A DNA stretch of 62,662 bases, the filler included, from Nemertoderma westbladi (taxonomy: Eukaryota > Animalia > Xenacoelomorpha), in NCBI GenBank assembly GCA_032718475.1. It is 3 parts of 3 records of this genome, joined end to end, with 100 filler letters (N's around TTAATTAATTAA, not from the genome) between each part and the next. Parts side by side here need not be neighbours in the genome. Positions count along the whole stretch, not along the records: positions 1 to 31,423 come from JAUCBJ010002571.1; positions 31,524 to 59,605 come from JAUCBJ010001337.1; 1 more part is not named here. One strand, given 5' to 3'. Of the stretch, positions 24,706 through 36,210 are shown piece by piece. Made by a program: the position numbers and the translations under genes. The stretch's first letter is position 1, and each line of letters opens with the position of its first letter. The notes under the pieces were generated by a model, which was not told the DNA's origin, ran no database searches, and saw only the letters and a program-made list of their open reading frames with translations.

Positions 24706-25965
24706 TGTTCGCGCTTTTGAAGACCTTTAGCAGTTTAACCTGCCAAATTTTATATGTCTTTTAGTTAATTAAAACCACTTTAGCATACGACAATAATTTA
24801 TGCTAATACGCAAAACATTAGCCGAAATCAGCCCATGCGCGATCATTCACCCGATGGATCTACACCCGGGAGACTGAATTCGGATGCTTGAATTGTATTA
24901 TTACAGTGTAAGGTTGCAGTGTATACCTAATGTATTATTCGATAGATCGCTAATAATTAATCTCTGACAGATATTATTGGCTTTCGGGAAATATTAACAG
25001 TTCCTTTAGGACGTGGCGCTTTATCTATTTAAACAGAACTAGGACTTATACTAAACGCAACGATACTGCTTATGATTAAAGTATAAAGCGTATTCTTTAG
25101 GAAATACTTTGTTACCAATCACGATCGTACACACTATTCTGCCGACAGTCAGTACATTTGATCACACATAAAGAGAGCAGTAATTGACTCACGTAGGGTC
25201 TGCTAAATAACATTGGATTCAATACACACCACATTAATATAAATCGCAATTGTTATATATAGCCGGTCTCTCTAACCTGTAGTGTTATCAAGAAAATTGG
25301 GAATTGGGTGATTTATCCGTATTATCCAAATAGCAATATTTCCATCAACAAATATTTACAATTAATAACTGACGGTAAAATAACAGTACAAACAATATGA
25401 TTAATGCAATTAAATTAAGTGAGTATGTTAATTAAGATTGATCAATTAGTTAAGATTCGTTAGGTTAGGTAACAGTTTATACTTTCGATAATTCAAGCAG
25501 TTTACGGTACAGCAGTATCTATCCAAAATGCCGGTGTTTCTGGCTTAGACAGCAATAACAACAAAGTATCAAGAAAAAACAGTAAGACTGAACACTCTCC
25601 TTATGATCGACTAAAAGCTACACGTCGACAGGAAAAACCGCCCTGATTGGCCCAAGCCAAACAAAGAACCACGCGTCCAATGGCTGTTTCCATGTCAGCA
25701 ACCAGCTGCTAGATGTCGTAATATGAATCATCACGGCTAAGCTGTGAAAGGTGGTTGGTACATTACAAGTTTTTTGTCTTACCATGTCCGCCAAAACACG
25801 TATATAGCAGAATGATTTTTATGTCCGTTAAAACACCTGTAAAGGTACCTTGCGGGCGAGGGGAATATATATACAGTTAGAAAACCTTTTTAGAGTATTC
25901 CAGCGCCTGGGGGGGAACTGGCCAGCAAAGGCAAACGTATCAGTTATCCCACAAAAGCTTTTACA
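24706..25965 (-). repeat. 5' LTR of copy 1
   Basis: Direct repeat of 13505-14764, lying upstream of gag. Confidence 0.97.
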
Positions 25966-26404
25966 GTATTAAATTACCTTTAAGGTCGAAAATGGGGCGA
26001 AATTATCGGATTTTATTAATGTAAAGTGAGATTTTGCAGATTGTTTCATAATTTCGATAATTTCGTTGATAATCTCGTCTTTTTCGTGGTTTATAGGTAC
26101 AGTAACTATCCCTGTTATTGTGGTTATACTGTATCTCCGAGGAGATAAGTTATAGTTTTAAGTTAGGACTGTTTACTGGCAGGAGTTTTATATCAATAAA
26201 TTGAATTGAAGTATCTACTGTATGCCCTATCTGCTTTATAAATTAATTATCTTGAACTTTAATAATCTGTTTTATTGATTAATGATATAAAAATGGTGTA
26301 GTAGTGATTTAAAAATAATTACAAGTGTAAGTGATTTATATTGGTGAAATTTATTGAAAAATAATTTATAGACTGTAAATGACTCCGTTAAAATGAAAAC
26401 CAAC

Positions 26405-26548
26405 CTATCCGGTATTTGACGGAATGGTTTCCCCTGGAAGGTGAATTATCCATGTCGTCCTTCATTTGCGTACGATAGTCCATCACCATGGTTACCAGAT
26501 CTGGACGGGCAATGGCCTCAAGCGCTCGTTGGAGATGGATAAGATTGT
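26405..26548 (-). CDS. PEA15: Internal exon of a PEA15-like death effector domain protein
   Basis: ATTACAG|...|GTTGG splice sites, 144 nt, phase 1-1. Translates (D)NLIHLQRALEAIARPDLVTMVMDYRTQMK...SVKYRI, versus human PEA15 [31 protein letters not shown]...SAKKYKD (recalled from memory). Confidence 0.7.
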
Positions 26549-28039
26549 CTGTAATGTTAATCGTAAATTATAGAATACTGAAACTAAAACGTTAAATTAC
26601 ATATTATTAAAACGTTGTTATTCGCATTCAGCGATATGCTTGCTATCAATAATAAATATACTGTATAATTACTATAATATATTTACATTATTTTTTTATT
26701 TTTATTTTATTTATTTATTTAATTTATTTATTTTTTTTATTTTATATTTTTTATTTATTTTTTTATTACTATAGTATATTACTATAATTGTCTGACTATT
26801 AAGCTAGAGCTCTCCAGGTTCCTCTCTCTTGGCTGTTACCTACAGTATAATACAGGGAGGGCGCCACACTGTAATTCCCTAGTGTGAATTTCCTAACTAT
26901 TAAAGCATTTCCCTCACAAGCCAGGTTTCCATTGCAACGTAAGTACTATGTGAAAGCGGTTTAGTCGCTGTGTCCATTCGGATTATGCGGTATGTTACAA
27001 TAATAGCAAAATACAGTAGCTTCCCTCTGCTGCCTAATCAATCATTTATTAATTATTAAATTTCTTATACGCAATTTGATTAACTGTGTATGTAGCTCAG
27101 CAGTACAGTAGTATTGTAGTATGTGATGTACTGTAAATAATTTAATTATTCATTATGACATACTGTAACATCAATCATTTTATTTTGTTTTCCTTTATTA
27201 AAATTGTTAATAATTATGTTGAAATTTGGTAATTAATATAGGATGGATGGCAATTCACACGGGATACCAGTAGAACAACCCCCCCCCCCCCCCCCCCCAC
27301 CGACTGCCACTGCATCCAGAGACAATGTATTTCTTGTACCCAGCTGCTTGGTGAAAGGCTGCATTACAGCGTGCAGAAATACATTCCCACGAGAGGGGAA
27401 TTAATCTAAAACACACAGCTGCCACGCTCATGCAGTCGGAGTTATCTATACCGATCTGCGATACCGAACCCAAACAAACGAGTAGGGCCTACATACTGTA
27501 TCGGTAAATAATGTACCACACAGTGTCAGTAAACATCACGCGACAGTAATTCCTGGAAACCTGATCTTACGCGCAATCAATCCGATCTGACCTTAATTGC
27601 GGAAAAGTTAATCTACCGAATAATGCCGAATATAATCAAGGATAGGGCCTACAGTACCATATGAAATAATAGAGTACTGTAGCTTAGCTAGCTACATAGC
27701 CTACTGTAGCGTGTTGTACTTAAGACGTACTGTACTATATACAAGGCCATGCCCTCGAGTTAACTGTGGGCGGTGACTGGGAGCAAGATTTTCTTAAGCT
27801 TTATAACAGAGATTTCCTTATGTTATTACAATTTATGACTAAAATGCGCTTTGTACTGTATGAGGGTGTATTACTGTAGTAATTATTGCAAGAAATGTGT
27901 CTTGTTAGTTTTACATTAAGGGATAATTTACCATTCAGAATGTCATTTTATAAATACCGTAGGCCTACTGAATTCAAGGCGTACTGTATACAAGGCCATA
28001 CCATCGAGTTACTACTACTACTAGGATCGGCATGCTGCA

Positions 28040-28828
28040 TTGCAACTGCATTTTTAAGAATGCTGTGTCGGCTTGTCAAAAAAATTGCGCCGCCACAACT
28101 CCCTATCACCTATCACATTTGCTAGATCATCCGCATCTTCAAGGCCAGTGTCCTTTAAGATGCGTCTCAAGAAAGTAATGGGCTGTCCACCATGCTTATT
28201 AACTCCATGAGGCTGCCAAAGTATAAGATTATGCACTGGCTGGTCCTCACGGCGAAAGCAATGTATATACTGTACAGTAGCGGAGGCGACATTGTTCGAG
28301 TGTCAAGCTTGGCGGAACCAATGAGACACCTCCTATGTTATATAGTGTCTCGTTGGAGATGTGTGCATTGTACTTGACACAATGAACACGGCGTAGCATT
28401 CTGTGAATGGGACATCCAAGAGATTTGGTGTCCTCAGCAGTTAGAGCCCAGCATGGACTCCCATAGAGGAGTACTGGACCTATTGCTGCTCTAAATAATC
28501 GGACATTAAGTTTCCGATTAATTCTCGGTGACCTCCAAATCCTGGAAAGCCTATTCAAGGCTGCCCATGCCTTTCCCTTACGTATTCGAAGGTCCTCACC
28601 TGACTTCCGGAGCCATGATCCCAGGTAACAGAAGTCGTCCACATGCTCAAGCATACCATCCTTTGAGCTTATGCTCATCCGGTCAGAGACTTGCTGAGGA
28701 CTTTCAAAGTTAACTGTCAAAATTTAGGTCTTTCTGGAGTTAATAAAGAGACCAACTCTAGAAGCAGCCTGTTCTAATGAGCTGAGGAGCCGTTGGGCGC
28801 CCTCTAGTGATTCTGAGAGTATTGATTC
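28040..28828 (-). pseudogene. RTE-clade LINE 3' portion, interrupted by BEL copy 3
   Basis: VGLFINSRKT, LEHVDDFCYLGS, KAWAALNRLSRIW, VLLYGSPCWAL, HISNETLY. Confidence 0.85.
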
Positions 28829-31423
28829 TGTTCGCGCTTTCAGACCTTTGGCAGTTTAACCCGCCAAATTAAGATGTCTTCTAGATATTAAATCGCTTTT
28901 TAGCCTATGACAAGTATTTGATTCACTACACTAGTCGAAACCAATCCGTGCGCGACCATTCACCCGCTGGATATTCCCGGGAGATTGGGTTCGACGGTTT
29001 AATTTTATTGCTATGTAAGCTTAATGTATTATTCGACTGACAGTATTATATAATCTCTGACAATATTATTTACCTTCGGGAATATTAACAGTTCCTTTAG
29101 GACGTGGCGCTTTATCTATATAAACAGAGTTATGACTTAAACTACTCACAACGATATGGCTTAATTATAATTCACATATATGGCGCATTCTTTAGGAATG
29201 CTTCTTTAACAGACTCACTCATACACAATGCTGCACAATACTGCACACTAATCTGCCGATCTTCACTGATTTTAGTCACATATAAAAGGAACACAGACTG
29301 ACTCATGTAGGGTCTATCAAATAACATTAGATTCACTTCAAACCACTTTAACATAAGTCACAATCGTTTATCTGTAACCTTTCTCTCTTACCTTCGGTAT
29401 ATCAAGAATATTGGGTTTCGGGGTTATTTCTCGTTATTCCAAATATAATAATTCATCAACCATATTATGAAGAACTGACAGTAAATAGCAGTATAACAAT
29501 ATAAAAGTATGCACAGTGTTACACAGTATGCAGTGTATGCAGTACTGCAGTATGCAGTGATTACGAAATTGCAGAGTGTTTGTTTCGTCAGTTAAAGGAT
29601 ATATGTCCTTGTAATTAAACCTACTAGTGTTGAGCTAAAAAGCAGAAAGCACAAAACACTAAAAAGCCGTTCTTTCGTGGCTTTGAAAAACTCGTGACTA
29701 CTGCTCTATACGAGGATACCAACTCCCTTATTCCACGAAGCTCCCGTTCAACACAGAGAAAGAGCAGTGAGATAGGAAATTTTCAGTTCAGTACTCTGTG
29801 ATAGGTCGAAATCAAGGCTAACTCAAATTCTATTGGGAGATACAAAACAAGGCTATGACGCAACCTCCCTAGGCTTGTTGGCCGATTAAACAGAGCCCAG
29901 ATGCCTGCGTACAGCAAATCAGCCAATAAGTTGGTAACTTGCACTATTTTTAGTTATAGATCACTTTGAGAGTATTCTTAGCGACTGGGGGGGAACTGGC
30001 CAACAAGGCAAACGAATCAGTTATCCCACAAAAGCTTTTACACCGCTCCCAGAAAATGGGATTTAAGTCTATAAAATATACAAAATCACAGTTTCTAAAA
30101 TATAAAAATACTCTAAACAGTTAGTCTTTCTTGCGCGGACGGCGTTTACGCAGTTTCTTGAGGCTAGCAAGAGTACTTTTCTCTTTGGGGGGAGCCACTT
30201 TACTAGGAGGGCCATAACTCCTGGGTGAAGGGTGCAATATGATTGCATTAGAAGGTTTGGGTTTACGGTCGGTGTCTCGTCCATTTCGATATGCTTTTCC
30301 TCGAGCTGATTTTCCTCCGCTTGTCATGGGATACGTTCGTCCAAAACTCTCGCAGAGAATAGGGTTTTCTAAGCTTGATATCTTCTTTGAGATTCGAGGT
30401 TTCCCAATCGAACTGAGATAAGGCCAATTCGTTTATCGATTGGACTTACTATTATAACTTACGTTTATCTGAACAAACGCAGGTTTCCTTTTTGATCTTT
30501 ATAGAATAGCGTTTAACTCGTTTCGTACAACGCTCTCCTTCACCTTGATGAGGGGTTGTATCGCGTTAAACGTGGACGACCATACGGTTGGATAGTGATA
30601 TTAGGTGCCCGCGTCACAATCCGGCTAGGTAAGATGGGCGGCTAGCTAGAAATCACTGTCGGAGTGTTACCGATTAATTGTTAGGGTAGCACTAGATCTT
30701 TGAACAGTGAATACAGTCCGCGAGGATCCGCGACACCACCAGGATCGCAGGTCTGAGGTCCAACTAAGGAATGAGGAGGTTTGACCGAGTATTCCGGGAC
30801 TCTGATCGTAGGTTTACTCTAGGATCGTTAGAGCCGAGTGAGCATAGGTGATACGTCAAACAAGTTTCGCTCGAAACTCCAGTAAATATAACGAACACAA
30901 CTGTGTTTATCACAACGTTTCCGTGGATGTTTATGTCTTTCCGTTTATTGGCTGGATCTAGGGCATTTACAGTAATAATACCAAAGACGCACGTTTGGTA
31001 GGGGAAACGCGGATGATATTTATTTGTTGTTACAATGCTTCTATCAAGAATTCCAAATATATGTTGGAGTTACCGCGTTTATTTGTTTCTTTAATGTCTT
31101 TTCTTTCGAGCCGATTTCGAATAGAATTTTCTCATTCGAATTTCAGCTTATGGTTCCGACTCCGCTGGGCAGGATATATAGTCGACATAGTCCGTATTGT
31201 GTAAATTGATAGAATGACCAGTAGTTAAGAAGCCCATATACGTACCATTACGCTGCGTATATCGAGCGGTGAATTTCTTATAGTCCAACTCACGCGTGAG
31301 CTGCTCTTGGGACATTGGCGGTTCGATATAACGACCATCATCCTTCGTAGTAGTTGGACTAGTATCACCGCGTATTAAGCTATCAACAAACGTTTGAAAG
31401 TAGAATATATCGTTCCCCGATAC
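28829..31423 (-). mobile_element. BEL family copy 3: 3' LTR (28829-30042) plus decayed accessory region, truncated by the gap
   Basis: TGTTCGCGC...AAGCTTTTACA LTR followed by the same PPT (plus CCGCTCCC). The KKLRKRRPRKKD, RLWYYC and YIEPPMSQ segments are present. Confidence 0.92.
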
Positions 31424-31523
31424 NNNNNNNNNNNNNNNNNNNNNNNNNNNNNNNNNNNNNNNNNNNNTTAATTAATTAANNNNNNNNNNNNNNNNNNNNN
31501 NNNNNNNNNNNNNNNNNNNNNNN
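31424..31523. other. Assembly gap with six-frame-stop linker TTAATTAATTAA
   Basis: 100-nt N block with a central linker; an identical one is at 59606-59705. Confidence 0.95.
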
Positions 31524-34500
31524 TGGGGCGGGTGGTAAAACGTCCTAAGTCAAATTTTCTCAAAATTCATGTTTTGAGTGAATCGGGTATAAAATTGAAT
31601 TTCCCTCCTTTCTACCAAAGGATTAGTGATAAAATAACAGTTTAACGGAGTTATTTGCAAATTTTCAGTTGTCCTAAGTTAAGGCTACGGATGGTAAAAC
31701 GTCCTAACTTTATACTTAAGGTGGTAAGTTGTCCTAAGTCGAAAAAACGATTACAAATAACGAATTAAAAGTGAAACATAGGACGTTTTGTCACGTTAAA
31801 GGTCAGTCCAGACAGGAGTTCCATTACTATTAATAGTTAGTATTTATTTTGTTGCTGAACAGCATTTAGTGATTCCAGAAAGACCAAAATGTCGCAATGT
31901 TTAGTAAGTATTCTAGACAGAACTAATTCAAGATTAATACTGATCAATTCTTTATATAACTTTTATAAAAGCCTGGAAGAACTACTGAGCTCATTTGACC
32001 TAGTACAGTAATACTGTAGTAGTAAGTAGTACATAGTGTGAGGGCAAACAATACTGTTATAAATGTATTGGTAGAGTAATAGTGGTTTTCTCTTTATTGG
32101 TTAAATTATCCTTATACATTTAATATGTTAGGTGTTAGCTCTATAATAGAGTTTTATTAGAACCTCGAGTTAGTCAGATACTACTACAGCACACAATATT
32201 AGACTATGAGTGGTAAGAGGTATAACAGTAGAGAGGCTCTACAAATATTAATGAATGAATCTGATTGTCCCGAGTTTGACAATTTTGGAGATTTAGAAGT
32301 CATGGATATCGATAATTCAAATGATAACATCGATGACTTACGAGATCTGGAAATAATGAATGTTTTTGATAACAGTAATGCAATACATATTTCGCCACCA
32401 ATGATAGAGGAAGATGGTAACATGGTGAAAAGTTTTGAAGATCCAGATATCATGGATAATTCATTTAATAACTTGATCAATGAAATAGGAGATGTAGAAA
32501 GTATGGATGATGTTGATAAGGATAACATTGAATACCTGAATATATTAATAGAAAACGAAAATATTCGAATTTCACCAACAATGTCGGAAGTTGGAAACAT
32601 TGTGAATAATGTTGATCATAGCTATGCTAGCCCCAAAAGTAAATCAGACCGTGGAAGACGATTAAAGCCGAAATACGGAAGGCATACTGTTAAATATCTA
32701 AGAACAAATAATAAGAGAGCTAAACTTAAAGGCTTGGCATATAGGAAAAAGAGAGGTAAGGGGAATATAGTGGCTCCAAAATCTGTGGTTGAGCTCAAGG
32801 ATAATTTTTGTTGTAAACGGCTTATGTGTGTTGACAAATTTTCACCAGAACAAAGGCAAGTAATTTTCGAAGAATTCTACGATCTCGGAAGTAGTAATGA
32901 AAAATATGCCTGGGTTGTTTCTCATTCAAAGATAATTCCTAAAAAAAGTGGAATAGTGACACTTGAACTGCGCAAGAGACGTCAAAGAATAGATAAACGT
33001 TTATTCTTTATCCAGAGTGGGTTGGAGGTAGAAGTATGTAAACCATTCTTCCTTACTACATTGGGATACAAGGCATCAAACAACAGGATACTAAAAACAT
33101 GTATGATGAAGTCGTGCGAGAGTGAAAGTCGATTTTTGGACCACAGCTTTGAAGAAAGTGGGGATCGACGTGGTAAAAAAGCCCCACCAAACAAATTATC
33201 AGATAGTGATAGGTGCTATATACGACAACACATCGAGTCTTTTCCATCATTACCATCACACTATGCTCGCAAAGGTACAAACAGGCTATATTACCAAGGA
33301 GATTTAACTCAGAAACGGATGATTGACGACTATAAATCAAAGTGCATGAAAGATGGGGTCAAGGTTCGCTGTGAAAGAGTATACAGAGATATTTTTAATA
33401 ATGAGTACAATATTGGATTTCATAATCCTCGCAAGGATGATTGTGCAAAATGTGCAGTGGAATTTATATTGAAGGGTGACGAAAGAGATCGTTATGTTAA
33501 AGAAGTAAAGGAACCCCACTTAGAACTGCATCATCAATGCCAAGCAGAAAAGGAAAAGGACAAGGTGATTTCCAAACAAAATTTATCATTTCGGTCGGTA
33601 AATTTTGATCTACAGAGTGTATTGCAAGCTCCATGTAGCAATGTGTCAAGCTTCTATTATAAGGGGAAACTTCAGGTGTACAACTTCACCATATACAACC
33701 AACGAAACCATGATGGTCATTGTTTTCTATGGGATGAAACAACTGGAGAACGTGGATCCAATGAACTAGCTAATTGTATATGGTGTTATATTAAGGGTCT
33801 TCCACCTGTGGTAAAACATTTAGCGACATTTAGTGATACTTGTGCAGGACAAAATCGGAACCAAAATCTTGCTGCTATGTGTTTGTACGCAGTCACACAA
33901 ACATCATATGAGACAATTGATTTAAAGTATCTTGAAAGTGGACATAGCTATATGGAAGGGGACAGCATGCACTCCGCAATAGAGTATGCTAAATCTAATC
34001 AGGTAGTATAAGTTCCTAATGATTGGACAAATATAATTCTAGGAGCGAGGCGAAATAATCCATATAAGATCACTTGGTTAAAACAAAGTGATATCTACGA
34101 TTTCAAGAAACTATGTAAGGTTCTTATTGTTAACCGTCGTGTAATAAGTGACATTAGTGTCAATGATACAGTTGAAAAACAGATCAGTGTGGAGGTTGGT
34201 GTAGGGAATGGTGGACAGGTGAATGGTGAACGAAGGTGTGAACGAATAGGTGAATGTAGTGGTGAACAGGTCGTTGAAGAAAGGGGTGGATTTATTGGTG
34301 GAAGGAGTGGTGAACAGGTCATTGAAGAAAGGGGTGGATGTATTGGTGGACAGAGTTGTGAACAGGTCATTGAAGAAAGGGGTGGATGTATTAGTGGACG
34401 GAGTGGTGAACAGGTCGTTGAAGAAAGGGTTGGATGTATTGGTGGACGGAGTGGTGAACAGGTCGTTGAACAAAGGGGTGGATGTATTGGTGTATTGCGA

Positions 34501-34842
34501 AACTTCATGGAAAAAAGTTTGTAAAATGTCCTATGTCGCATAAATATTTTAGTTGGTAAAACGTCCTATGTTATAAACATAAAAAATATTGGTTATAAAA
34601 TGTCCTATGTCGCATTAAAATATAAATTGGTAAAACGTCCTATGTTGCAAATTTGTCAAAAAGCCCTACAAGGAGACAGTTTATCTGTATTTCTGGTATC
34701 AGAAAACGATTCAACACCCTTTTAAAGTTAGAAAGAGAAATAAAACCGTGTAAATGTGCATTTTTGTTAAAATAGTAAACAAAAAACGTGTTTTCTCAGA
34801 ACAACTTTTTTAGACTTAGGACGTTTTACCACCCGCCCCACG
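31524..34842 (+). mobile_element. Sola1-like DNA transposon
   Basis: TIRs TGGGGCGGGTGGTAAAACGTCCTAAGTC (31524-31551) and 34813-34842; right flank ATAT fits an AWWT target; subterminal GGTAAAACGTCCTA repeats. Confidence 0.8.
32206..34524 (+). pseudogene. Sola1-like DDD transposase with one in-frame stop (34009-34011) and a C-terminal 16-aa repeat
   Basis: CCKRLMC, VCKPFFLTTLG, SHYAR, PRKDDCAKC, FDLQ, FSDTCAGQNRN, GHSYMEGDSMHSAIE. The frame continues VPNDW... and on into ORF 34189-34524. Confidence 0.8.
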
Positions 34843-35584
34843 ATATAATAGACTTGTTCGTCGCCATCATATACCTCTGGATTGAATAGACTCAGTTGTC
34901 CATCGCGATCGTTTCATTGTTTAAGTTTAATAATAACTTAGACTCCGTCGCCCGCCATCGTTCAGCAGTTCAGTGTTTTTAATCAAGCCAGAATTCCGGC
35001 ACCAGCACCACGATCAACGATTTAGGAAGTAACAGACTCCGCCAACAACTCTCGGGGTTTAAAAAATACGACTGGGGGCAACTTGTTAACTGTCACACTG
35101 GGCGATCATCTATCTGAGAGTTGGTATCAGATTATCTGACAGTTAACGACCCAGGGGTAAATCCTTACCCCTGGGCTGTTACCTCTCTAACCAGCTGACT
35201 GACAGCGCAACATCCCTTATAGCAGATAGTGGGCCGTTGTGTGACGTCATTCTGCAGGGGGGGGGGGGGGGGGGGGCAGCCTGCCCCCTGCTTCCTGCGG
35301 CCCTGGATGATACAAATTAATAATCTCAGAATCGTATCTTTCATTGCTATCTGACAACTTATTCAAAGAATTTGTTTATTGACAGTTCCATTCCATTTCA
35401 ATAGCGTTTTGTAATATATCACTACAGTAACCAACTACAGTTGTTGTAGGATTACCCACCACCTACTATACTGATGTACTGTGGCACCTAAACTGTACAT
35501 TGTACTGTGCTTGCTACATACTGAGTTAGTACCGGCAGACCGGTACGGTAAGACCGTAAGATACTGTAACAACGTAGTGGTGTA

Positions 35585-36140
35585 CCAGGCCGCAAAAAAT
35601 GCTGAAATGGAGTGCAAAAATCGCATGGCATTGCTGCATTGTGTGCGTGGATTTGAAATATTACGCGGTAAAAGTGCGCACAATTGAGTGAAAAACACCA
35701 AAAATGCGCGGTAATCCGGGCAAAAGATCAAAAGTCATAATGTGCGCGGGATGAGGTGTAAATGTAAAATAGTTTAAAGTGCATGCACGCACAGCTGCAC
35801 AGTGCTGCAGTCTGGCAGTGAATAACTGGAACTGCAGTGGAAAACTTTTTGCCACAAAAGAATTCGCTCGCATTTTTTTCATTTTGCATTGTTAAATTAA
35901 AATGTCTCAATTTCGCTCCGCTTCGCTTGCGTTTATTTTTCATTTACATTCTGACATTGTTAAAATGTGGTGTGCGCGTTTTTTTTTCGGTACATGCGCG
36001 GTATATAGTCCTATACGGTCTATGTGGTGTATTGTCGATAATTGCGCTGCTGAAAAATTGTACGATAAACGGAAAAATTGGTACACGGACGTTGTGCAGT
36101 TGTGCGCGGTTTAGTGGTGGTTCTGTGGTTTGCAGCCTGG
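35585..36140. mobile_element. hAT-like MITE immediately upstream of ENDOV
   Basis: TIR CCAGGC(C/T)GCAAA and an 8-bp TSD GTGGTGTA / GTGCTGTA (one mismatch) at 35577-35584 and 36141-36148. Confidence 0.65.
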
Positions 36141-36210
36141 GTGCTGTACAGATAGTGCAGTAGTGAGAGCTGACTAGCTGAGAGGGCGATTCGGTAGGCC
36201 TATATTGTAT

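Larger units (their letters stand above)
13505..25965 (-). mobile_element. BEL/Pao LTR retrotransposon copy 1, internally deleted (no RT or integrase core), recent insertion
   Basis: TG..CA LTRs of 1260 bp, TSD GTATT (13500-13504, 25966-25970), PPT GGGAGCGG (minus, 14765-14772), BEL Gag with three Cys/His knuckles, protease ALLDSGS. Confidence 0.97.

Noticed and set aside
26560-28030. Upstream exon of the PEA15-like gene
   Set aside because: No DED N-terminal-like frame with splice sites could be found by eye; it probably lies beyond the gap.
31468-31479. TTAATTAATTAA palindrome
   Set aside because: Artificial contig linker centred in the N run; adjacency across it is not evidence.
34095-34543. 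Repetitive ORFs in alternative frames and on the opposite strand
   Set aside because: They arise from the stop-poor 48-bp repeat; only the transposase frame has support.
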